Of a DNA stretch of 64,000 nt, positions 54,501 through 64,000 are shown piece by piece. The DNA is taken from contig CM102286.1 of assembly GCA_046563655.1 (NCBI GenBank), positions 13,826,001 through 13,890,000 of the forward strand, given 5' to 3'. The stretch comes from Yuukianura sp. NJ FZ-2021 (taxonomy: Eukaryota). Position 1 is the first letter of the stretch, and every line of letters begins with the position of its first letter. The notes under the pieces are model-generated. The model was given only the letters and a program-made list of their open reading frames with translations, did not search any database and was not told the DNA's origin. A program made the translations under genes and the position numbers.

Positions 54501-57500
54501 ATGGAGTTTTAATGGCTACCGTGGACACATGGCTCGACGACAGAGTTAATGCAACCAGTTTTCAAAAAAAAGTTTTCAAAAAACTTTGTTTTAAACGGTT
54601 TCGACTCATTTCCTCCAGGTCTTTAGACTAAAACTGGAACCCTAAAAATAATGAACTGAAACAAGGCACATTGGGCACTGATTTTGGAGTTTGAATTTTC
54701 CCCCGCTCTTCTGAATGGGGCAAACTGAGACAAGGAAATGGATCCCATACGACACAAAAGCAGTATGGTCCAAAAGTAACCAATTTTTGAAACAGATGGG
54801 AGTCATCAAATTCCAATTTCAATTTTTCGAAATTTGACGCCTCCAACCACTTGACATCTTTTCCCGCTGAACCCAAATTTCAAATTTTCGTTCCTGGAGT
54901 TATTGTAGCATTCCAAGACATAACTTTTCCGGTGACTAATTGTGGCACTTTCTCAGGCCAATTATGCCTGCCACACAAATTTAGAAAAAAAAACTCAAAA
55001 TGTCACACCACGTGAGAAACATTTTTCTGCAATTTCGTGGGAAATTCGAATCCTTTTGGGTTAATTTTTTTCAAAAATTAGTTTTTTGTTCCAAAAACTA
55101 CTCTTTTAGACTTTAAAAATTAGTTTTTTAGACTTCAAAAATTAGTTCTTTCATCAAAATTTTTTCTAACCCAACAATTTCTTTTTTTAGGCAATTTTTA
55201 CATCCGGTTCGGAGTATTTGAAACAAGCAACGGATGGTCGTGTCTACTTTCAGCGAGTGATCATCGTAGTCCCACCGATGTGGGACACTCGAGCCTGCGG
55301 TCGAGCTCTGCCTGTCAATTCCTTCACATCTCGCAGTTCGAGTAACCATGCAACAGTACGAATTGGTACTGAACATCCCGTATTTGGCCACCTTCCATGG
55401 ACACAACAGTCTCGAGGCTGTGGACTCCAAGGAGACTTCATCTCCCTTGGCTACCACTATGTTCTGCAGTGGAATGAAACAGACGCAGGGGTGGTCATCA
55501 ATTCTGGACATGTCACTTCCAATGGACAACCACAGAACACTAATGGGTTTGGACACCGTTTGGGGCCTAATGGATTCGATTATGCTACAGTGCCCATAGG
55601 TACAAATGTCTATTTTTGAATACTCCCTCGTTTTGTTTCCTAAATGCTCCTAAATGGACACTGACATTTAATCCACAAAGTTCCTCTTTAGTCCCTAAAC
55701 CTTCCAGAAAATCCTCAGGTGACATGACAGGTCTGGGTAACCCACTGTGGGGTGCAGCGGAAACTGAAATGTCAGATTTGACATGTCAAATTTGGCGTTG
55801 ACAAGTTTGTCAATCAGATAACGTTTCTGAATTTCGGAGAATACTTTCCAATACACTCTGAACTTTATTTTTTTACCAAAAGCGCGCCAAGGAAGCGAAA
55901 GTTTAATTTCTTTTTAAACTGATGTTGGATTTTTTGAATTCTATTGAAAAATGATGATGAACAGATGAATCATTTTCGAATTTCATCGCTTCGTCATCAT
56001 TCTTTGAAAAGAAAGAAGCTAAACAAAGCGTTTTTGAAAAAATGGGCGGGAAAGAAGTCAGGAATTCAAACTTTTTGATTCGACCGCCTTGGCGGCAAAA
56101 TTTGAAAAAAGTGACATTGATCTGCTTTAGTAGTGTGCTGGTGAAAGAAAAGGAAGGAGAGAGAACAATAACAGTTAAAGATTCGATTCAATTGAAGACA
56201 ACGTGAAATGAATTGATAGAATTTGAAATTGAACTGGACGGTTATAGAGCCATTCTATTTTTTTTCTTTTGAAAAGTCTCTAGCGATCGAACTGGCAGCC
56301 CTCCTCCTTATGTTCTTTCCAAAGGAAGTTGACTTTCTTCTTTTCTGTTTATTATTCCGACTGTTCTTTCACGACGATTAGACTTGCTGCGACCGTGGAA
56401 AATAGTTGTAGATTTTATTCTTTTCTAAAAAGAAACTCAAAAGAAGTTTAAAATTTTGAAATTTTCCACCTTTTTTTTAGAACGGACTTTTGTTCGAGAG
56501 TGGGCCAAGTATCGATACGGAGTATTTGAAGAATCGGGGTTTCGAAACGATCCGATTTATCCGCAAACTTATTTCGAAGGTGGTGAAAGAAAACCTACTG
56601 CATGTACCAATCGACCACTACAAGGAACATGGTAAGAAACTTTTTTGAAACTTTTTCAAAAACAAAATTTCAAAAAAAAAAATGTGGGAAGTTGTAAATA
56701 GAAATAATGATAGTCATTCAAGGTAAAAGTCAGCGACTAGGTAAACCCTATCATCGCCATAATCATTATTATACCTAGGGTAATTTCTGCTTCTTTGTTC
56801 AAATTTTCTGAGAAGGGACATGGGGGCCCTTGGAACCTTGAGTTTTCAAAAAACATTTTTTTCAAAATTTCGAAACAAAAAACAAAATTGTGGTCAACCT
56901 TCTGTTGCTTTTTCATACTTTCTGGGTAACTTCAGGTTAGGGTACTGTCCAACCCCTTTCACATCCTACCGTAATTTCCTTCTCTAATAATTGTTTACTC
57001 ATCTTAACTTTTACCGCCGCCCTTAAAAAGATGAACAAACGAGGAGCCCTTGAAGGGCCTCCAAGTCGCCACTAACTTTTTTGAAATTTCCCGCCTCCTA
57101 AGTTTACCTTTTCTTTAAAACTTCTTTACGCTTGAACGTTGATGGACAAGCGGAGAAGCTTTTGTTCAAACAGAAATTTAGGTTAGGTTAGTTTTTGAAA
57201 TTTGAAGAAAAAAAAACTCAGCATTTTATTTTTTGAAAATCAGTAGCAGCAGTAAAACCGGCGGTTAAAGCTCCGATTCAAAAGCTTGTTATATGACTTT
57301 GTATAGATCATTAGAGTTATTAGTCATTTTGAAAAGTTTCATTTTATGATGAAGTTGAAAAGCCAAAAGTTTGACACAAAAGGTTTTCAGAGTAACCTAG
57401 CAAGCCAACATGGGCCAAGCATGAAAGTGAAAGCGCTTTTTCAAAAAGTTTAAGTGGGAAGGATCACTTTTTAAACTTTTATTGACTGTTCAAATAAAAA

Positions 57501-60500
57501 GTTTTTTGAGTGTTCAACTGCAAGTGCCAAAGGTACAAAGTGCTCCTCTGAAAGAGCACACAAAAAAGTTGATTCAGGAAACTTTGGATTGGAGATGACG
57601 GAAAAGTAATAAAAAGTTGAAAGCATGGCGAAAGCAACTTTTTGGAGCAGAAAATTTTTGGAAGCCAAAGCTACCCAAAAAAGTTTTGTTGGATTTTATG
57701 TGCTCCAACTCTGGAAAACTAATTCTTCAAAGCTAATTAGCCAAATTGTCTTCATCCTGCTCAACTTCTGGAAGATGAAGCTTCAAATTTTTTTTAAATC
57801 AGCCTATGGTGAAAGGAAGCTCAAGGACTCATTTTTCTTGTCAATTTTAACGTGTCAGGTCGATGACATAAGCTTGTTGATCTAAGTCGGTCGAACAAGC
57901 GTTTTTTTTAAAAGAAAATTAACATAAGGAATTTTGATCACTGTTTGCACACCTTTCACCTTAACAGTGTTGATTTCCTTCTTTTTGTCAAAAACATGGG
58001 CGCTAACTTTCAAAGTCTAACGAAAACATACAAAGCGGGTATTTTGTGTCATTTCCGGAATTGAATTTCATCGCAGGTTTTGCCCACTTTCTATTTGAAA
58101 TTTTATTGTTGTTTCCATTCCAAATTTTGATTGTTGACTACAAGGGTGCGATGGTCGTACAGGAAGTGGGCGCGTTTTTTTTAAATTTCCAAAAACATCT
58201 TTGGGTGCTTCATCATTTTCTCCTGGCCTCCAACCGAACCTCATTCCCTTCTATTGTCTCCATTCTTACCTTGACTAAAGGTTGACCAAGGGCCCCCTCT
58301 TTTCTTAAGGGCCCCCTTCCATCAAGGCACCCAACGAACTAAAGTCCCTGCCCTTTTCCTGTCTTCACAATTCGCTTCTTCTTTGTTATTTTTCTTACCT
58401 TTGGTACTAAAAGGTCGCATCTTCAGTAATTGAATCCACACGGTTCGCCGGGCTTTTTCTTCTATTCAAAAAATAAATGCTTCTTTTGAATTTACGCGCC
58501 TAACCTAACCTTAAGACGACCGTTTAAATTTTCCCGGCAAAAAAAATCATCTAGGTTTCTGTTTATAAGATTTTGGACTTAAGATCATCCTTCATTCAAA
58601 AGGGCTCACTCTAATGGAAAATTGTTGAACAAAAGGTTTTTGAAAAAATTTAAAAAAAAGAAAAGCGTGTGTAATTGATCTTTAGAAAAAGCCGAAATGT
58701 GTGTCGAAAGGGCTGAAAGGTCACATGACCTTTTCAATTTGTCAGTTTTTGAAAATGAGAGAACTTTTTCTTAGCGGTAACTTTTGAAATTTGAAATGTT
58801 GGCAGCCATGTCATAATTGGATGAATCTGATCATTTTCTTTGAACTTTTCAAATTTCCAGGTCAGCCAACTGTTCCTCCGTTCCAGTCAACCGGAAAGCA
58901 CGAACGGACGGATCTTCTGGAAGTTCCAGTGGCGGGAAAGATTCAAATTCAAATTTGAATTCCTGTCACCTGGAATTGGCTGGAACTTCTGTTGAGAATG
59001 ATCGTATCACTTCCTCCATTTTGTCTTATCCAGCAGGACGCTCTGTTCATCGCTTCTGTGACGCTTCAAATCATAACTTTCAAGCGCCATCTAAACATAA
59101 CTTCCTCTGCAACCGAAAATCCGTGTCAGACGTCATTTTTGAACATGAAGATTTCAAAAACTTACAAATCAGGTAACAAATTTGAATTTTCCTGGCGCGA
59201 TTTTTGAGTAATGTTACGTTTTATTTGAAACGTTGTGAAAAAGCGGGCCAAAGATTTGTGTGCTTTCCAATTTCTTTTTTGGCTCGTACTACCACCAATT
59301 GGTTTTCGTTGTCTTCTTATGTGTAAGGATGCGTATAAATCCAACATGGTTTCTGTCTGAATGCGTGGACTGTGCAGAAGAAGATAAGTCTTTTTGCACC
59401 CTCCCCACCCCTCCACCTCCTCCTCCTCCTCCCTCCAGAAGATCCGATACAGTAAATCTTCCAGGAAAATGACGACACTCACCACCGCGCCGCGTCCACT
59501 TTCTCTCTAATCTTTCCTTATCTCCCAAGATTTATTGTCGTTGCTCAGGAAACCTTAGAGATCTAATGAGTTGTCCACGATGTGTCACAACGGTCGCCAT
59601 GTCACATGACACGGAGGTAGCACACGTTTAGGTAGGAAAGTAGCCTGGGGCATTGTGAGAAACGAAAGAGTCTCACTGTGCCCCAAAATCCCGAAATCCC
59701 ATTCCAGATTTTGATTTGTTTTTGGACTAACTTTATACACTGCTGAGTTAGTCCCCATGGGGTATTGATGGAACTCGGCTCATTTCAAGTTTTCCCGCTT
59801 CAAAGTTTTTGATCGCGTTCTCGATTTCTATTGGTTTAGTTAGGCCATGTATGAAAGTAAAGAGGAAATGTCGCTCGGCTGGCTACTCAAAATGTAATCA
59901 GCGACAAATGTCGCTTTGCCGTTGCTTTATCTTTCCGCCATAAACATTAATCCTACTGAAAAGGTGTCAGATACATGAAGGTTTTTAGGAGGATAATTAT
60001 CAGCTACAAATCTTTTTCTACTGTAGAAGCATAGATTATTTTCAAGTGGAAGTAATTCAAAAACTCGCGCCAAAATTTATATTTCCTTTTTGAACTACTT
60101 TGGTTGTACACAAGAAAGGCAGCAAATTTTGAATTTTCCCGGACCGCCTCTTCCCATATCTTTTTTTTTCTTTTATTTTTGTTATTTGGAAATGGATTCC
60201 TTTGGATTTGCAAATTGTAGTTTTGGCGCCAAAAATTTTCATTTTTGCCAAAAACTAAAAACGAAAATGCTAATTGATGCTCAGTTGTGCCAACTTTCAT
60301 TTGCTAATGCTAACCCACTTAGGTAGGATAAGTTTAGGAAAAGTTGTTGGAAAAGTCTGACATTCCATAATTTACGAAATTTTACCTCAATTAGTCTAAT
60401 TTTCTTTAAGAGTTACCTCATTTTGGCGCAAAGTTTTCTAACTTTCAAAAACGCCGCTCTAAATTTCGTAACTTTGAGAAACACCTTGCAGAAGGAGTCT

Positions 60501-63500
60501 TTTTTTTTTTTTTTTTGCATAAATTGTTAAACTTAAAACGAAATTAAAACAATGCAAAGTAGAAAACTAATGTTTTATTGACAAAGGAAAAACGACTGAC
60601 AAATGTCAACACTCTTAGTCAAGCTCACTTTACTTTTTAGTTTTTAAAAGTTTTTCAAAATTTTAAGCGCCAAAAAGTTCAAAAGTTAAGCTTCTTCTGA
60701 ATTTAATTGGGCACAGCAGAAGGTTTTTAATTCTAAACGGAACGAAGTTCTTCTGTTCTAAAATTCAAAAACGCTTGAGACTCAAGCGAAAAAAGTTTTT
60801 AAGAACAAAAGTGGGCATAATTTTTCAATTTAATTGTCCCACTCCCCTTTTTTTTTTTGGTGCGGCACTTGTATTTTTTTTTTGTAATTCTGCTGGGAAA
60901 CTGGTATTTGTGCGGGGTGCGGCGGGTACATTTCTAATTCCGGCATCTAATTACTCACTTTGGCCTTAATGGAACCGGAGCCTTTGTTGATTCTCGTATC
61001 TCATCTTGTGTAAATAAAAACATTTGTCTTGCCCACTAATGGCCCAACAGTCGGAACAACTCCATTTGGCACCAAATTCTGATTTGAAACGTCCGCGGAT
61101 CGGCAAATTTAAATTTTGGTGCTACGATTAGTGCAAAAACGAAAATTATTTCAACATTCTGAGAGACAGGCCATGTCTCACATGGTTTGTTTCGATCAAA
61201 GTGAATTCTACAAAAGTTAGACGCCGATGATGACAATTCGAATTTCAACAAAAAAAATTAGCTACAAGTTTGAATTTTGAAATGTTTAGCATAACGGTGG
61301 GTTTGGAATTATAACTGAACGGAACTTGCCGATGTGTGAAAAGTTTCAGCGCCTTTTATGGGAATTCTGCCTAGAAACGTATATATTTTTTTGCCAAAAC
61401 TTGAAACGTGTAACGTGCAGGGAAAACTACGTGAAAAGTTTAAAAAAGTAAGTTTTTTTTTCAATTTCAAACAATTGACAACTTGTTTGAAAAAAGAAAA
61501 AGATTTGACAATTGTGTGACAATTTTGAAAAAGTAGAAAAAGGTAGTTTGTTAAAAAGTTAAGGTGGAAGGTAATAGGAAAAGTTTTTTTCTGAAAAAAA
61601 AAATCCAGCTTTTTTTTCTATGAATTTTGTATTCACGATTCGAACGCACTTCTATCTGAGATTTTTTTTTTTTGCAAAATTTTCGCACAAACTTTTCTGT
61701 TCTTCCGTTCCAAAATCCAAAGTCATTTTTCTCTCTACTCACCTAAGAGAATTGTCAACATTTTTTCTACTTTTTTCGAAATTCGAACTGTCATCATCAG
61801 CGTCGTCGTAGCCCCGCGATTCGGTCGCTGAAGTGTAAACTTTCTTTGCACGAGTAGTTCCCGCGCAAAATTCTTTTCTGCACGACCAACTTCTGGGTGA
61901 CTCTCTTCTCAAAGAAGGTTGAAACTTGAAACACTAAAGCAAAATTCCAAATTCGGTAGATCCGAATCCTCTTTTTTCAAAATCTCGAGAAAAGTTTCTT
62001 TTTTAGCGATGAAGCGATGAAGACGCTTCTCTTTTTTGTTCGTCTGTAACCACAAGTCTTTTCAAGTTCTTTCTTTTAGAACTAAAGATACACAGAGGCT
62101 GGAGAGCTTCATCTTCATCTTAGAATCAAAAGGAAGTGAAAGTTTGTCTTTCGCGCTAAAAAAAATTATTTTAGAAAGGCACTAGCTTAGTTCTAAAAAA
62201 TCTTTTAGGAAAGTAACAGACCTACTACCGTCCAAACTTCTTGACACTTTTAGTGTTGTCGTTACATGCGGACATGGACGTCGAGAGGGATCAGCTTTCT
62301 AAAAAAAACGCCGTTTTAAAAAGTCACTTTGTCTAAAAGATCACATACACCTTTTACTTTACTTTCTTTAAAAAAAGTGTTTCATCCTGCTCATGTCTTT
62401 CTTGAACAAATTCTAATTTCTCAAGGGATTTATGCTCTATAAGGCTAACGTTCCGTAGTTACTCCCTCCATCTCATCTTTCCTCGTACGAAACGCACTTC
62501 TTCATCTCCAATTCAATTGAATTCCATGGTTCACACAAAAAACTGTGCTTCCAGTGCGAGTCCCTGAACAGAACACAATGGATTTAAAAAATATGGTAGA
62601 GCGGGGAAACTGAAAAAAGTCGGGAGAATTAAGATACCTTTGAACATTGAAAAAGTTTCCTCCAGGAAAAATAAATCTTTTTCTACTTTTTGGACAAAAA
62701 GGAGAAAAGAGAAAGAAATTGCAATCAGAATTTCTGATTGAAAATCTTACGAAACTTATTTTGGCTCCATTTGTTAAACCCACTGTTCCTTTTCTTTTCT
62801 GTTTTTTTGTGCAAAAGCAAATGTGTGTCGTTTTTGAAAAGAATTTTGTTGGTAAAGCATCTGCCTAAACGAGAGTAAGTGAAGTTTTGCGGAAGTGAAA
62901 TTTGAGAAAAGCGTGGTTCTTTTTAAATTCAAAACCGATAATGATCGGTGATACTCTTAACCTGAAAAGTGTGTTGTAATAATAATATATATTTTTATTT
63001 TATTAATTTATAATATTTTGTGTTCACCTGATATTTTCTAGAGAGCCGAACATCCTACTACCACCGCCTGAATTCATTGTGAAACAAATTACTCAGCCAC
63101 GCTTCGTTTTGTTGGTCGAAGAAACCGGAAACATGAATCTACGGGTACGTTACTTTTCTTTTCAACTTGAATTTTGGCGCCACATATTTTCTGCTTTTTG
63201 AAAAACACACATATTTTGAAAACGAAAATACCGCGATAGCTATGTTTTGGCAACTAAGTTATAAAAAATGAGGTGATAATTTCCGTGATGTCAAAAAAAT
63301 GACATTTTATCAGTCTTTATTTTGAAATGAATTTGATGGCATTTGAAATTTCGAAATTTCCTGTCAACTGAAAAACGGTTTCGAAAACATCATTAAAGAA
63401 AAAATAGTCCGAGTGATGACAATTTTATGCGCATGCGCGTCGTTCAACAAATGTCTTTTTTTCATTGATGAGTTTATGGCACATTTAGTAACACTGTGCA

Positions 63501-64000
63501 CAGTATCTGGAACACGAATAAAAAATGTCATTTTTTCTACGGTTGATTTTGGCTTTTTGGCTCATCCTCAAACAGAATCTGTTCAGAATAAAGAAAAAAG
63601 AATCTACATGATAATGGACCGAGATTTGAAAGAGTAACGACGACATGATGTTTTGGGCATAAATTCTGGCGGGAAGGGAAATTCAAAAAACAAAAAAGAA
63701 ATTGAGTCATTTTAAATTTTCTACGCCTGTCCCGATTTTCTACTTCGATTGCCATTGAAAATCTAAAAAAAGGAGAACTAACTTTTTATTTTTTTTTACC
63801 GTAGGATGTTTGGAAATTTTTGAAATTGGCTGTACGGAAGTTCATAAAATACGATTTACCAACTGGAACTCAACTGGGGATGATTGCCATTAGTACTTCG
63901 GAAGTTCGGGTTTTGGCCAACATGACATCTCTCCAGTCACTATCCATCCGAAGAGCTTTGGCAGACAAATTACCAAACTACCCAAACGTCGATAGCGGCG
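33270..64000 (+). CDS. CLCA: Calcium-activated chloride channel regulator (CLCA)-family protein, 3'-partial; signal peptide, CLCA N-terminal domain, start of VWA domain
   Basis: Phase-consistent exons 33270-33554, 55191-55599, 56481-56631, 58861-59172, 63042-63144, 63805->64000 (about 485 codons, no stops). CLCA signatures: NGGYEDIVVSI, SEYLKQATDGRVYFQRVIIVVP.W, PWTQQSRGCGLQGDFI, EWAKYRYGVFEE, FCD..NHNFQAPSKHNFLCNRKSV.DVI..HEDF, then VWA strand RFVLLVE. Introns: 21636, 881, 2229, 3869 and 660 nt. Confidence 0.9.
35936..36284 (-). CDS. Candidate terminal coding exon of an unknown gene nested antisense in CLCA intron 1
   Basis: About 115 stop-free codons with protein-like, GC-richer composition than the flanks, preceded on the minus strand by a T-rich tract and TACAG|G at 36285. 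Ends ...PQRMKCC-stop. No family recognised. Confidence 0.35.
38023..39253. repeat. Long-range inverted repeat (24-bp perfect core) about 1.2 kb apart; possible non-autonomous DNA transposon relic
   Basis: GCTTGTTCTAAAAACTTGTTCTGA at 38027-38050 is the exact reverse complement of 39226-39249; GTTGAAAAG 38058-38066 also pairs with 39213-39221. Confidence 0.7.
41663..41857. repeat. Minisatellite, about 28-30 bp unit, about 7 diverged copies
   Basis: Unit approximates TTAACTTTTTTGAATGTGTGAACCACCC. Confidence 0.85.
46681..46892. repeat. Minisatellite, about 27-29 bp unit, 7-8 diverged copies
   Basis: Unit approximates TTCAGCCGGCAGAAATGAAAATTTTGTGT. Confidence 0.85.
51158..51219 (-). repeat. Degenerate (TTAGG)n/(CCTAA)n-like tract
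   Basis: AACCTAACCTTAAAACCTAATCTAAACCTAACCTAAAACCTAG...; shorter related tracts near 8501-8568, 15513-15534 and 57178-57191. Confidence 0.55.
53481..53521. repeat. Perfect hairpin with 18-bp arms and a 5-nt loop
   Basis: AAGTTTTTGCAAAAAAGA-TTTCT-TCTTTTTTGCAAAAACTT. Confidence 0.8.
55191..55599 (+). CDS. CLCA-like coding exon 2
   Basis: Acceptor CTAAC...TTTTTTTAG ending 55190; AIFTSGSEYLKQATDGRVYFQRV...YATVPI; donor G|GTACAA at 55600 (phase 1). Confidence 0.9.
56481..56631 (+). CDS. CLCA-like coding exon 3 (degenerate HExxH region); not in the ORF track
   Basis: Acceptor TTTTTTTTAG ending 56480; ERTFVREWAKYRYGVFEESGFRNDPIYPQTYFEGGERKPTACTNRPLQGTW; donor TG|GTAAGA at 56632. Confidence 0.9.
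58861..59172 (+). CDS. CLCA-like coding exon 4 (Cys-rich region)
   Basis: Acceptor TTTCCAG ending 58860; SANCSSVPV...SSILSYP...FCDASNHNFQAPSKHNFLCNRKSVSDVIFEHEDF; donor AG|GTAACA at 59173. Confidence 0.9.
61220..61804. repeat. Inverted repeat pair, 27 bp, bounding 585 bp; MITE-like
   Basis: GACGCCGATGATGACAATTCGAATTTC (61220-61246) matches the reverse complement of 61778-61804 with 2 mismatches. Confidence 0.7.
63042..63144 (+). CDS. CLCA-like coding exon 5 (start of VWA domain); not in the ORF track
   Basis: Acceptor CTGAT..TTTTCTAG ending 63041; REPNILLPPPEFIVKQITQPRFVLLVEETGNMNLR; donor CGG|GTACGT at 63145. Confidence 0.87.
63805..64000 (+). CDS. CLCA-like coding exon 6 (VWA domain), runs off window
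   Basis: Acceptor CTAAC..TTTTTTACCGTAG ending 63804; open frame DVWKFLKLAVRKFIKYDLPTGTQLGMIAISTSEVRVLANMTSLQSLSIRRALADKLPNYP. Confidence 0.87.

Noticed and set aside
56510..56517. Perfect DRE element TATCGATA
   Set aside because: It lies inside CLCA exon 3 and is explained by the Tyr-Arg-Tyr codons.
6605..63709. Frequent AP-1-like TGASTCA sites (about 15 seen)
   Set aside because: Only about twofold above my rough chance estimate and not clearly clustered.

Overview
Eukaryotic (metazoan, probably arthropod) AT-rich genomic DNA; no prokaryotic features, no CRISPR array, no intact transposase. It holds three spliced protein-coding genes, whose exons I reconstructed by hand from GT-AG sites and codon phase. 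(1) A WDR70/gad-1 WD40 gene on the minus strand (ATG 2759, nine exons visible, 3' end runs off the window). (2) Head-to-head with it, a complete three-exon NPRL2 (GATOR1 subunit; 3582-5257, about 510 aa) with an intact arginine finger and Ser/Thr/Pro-rich insertions. (3) The 5' part of a CLCA-family gene on the plus strand (six coding exons from 33270 to the window end, first coding intron 21.6 kb). Its zinc-protease motif HExxH reads REWAK and its VWA MIDAS motif DxSxS reads EETGN, so it looks like a doubly metal-dead CLCA. The ~55 kb of non-coding DNA contains: an isolated well-formed 83-nt exon, a candidate nested antisense coding exon, a candidate alternative last exon that would give a CLCA N-domain-only isoform, several long-range inverted repeats or MITE relics, minisatellites, and recurring nuclear-receptor (AGGTCA), CHR-E2F and AAGGGCCC motifs. 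I cannot show a wholly new system from sequence alone; the CLCA locus and its embedded elements are the best leads.
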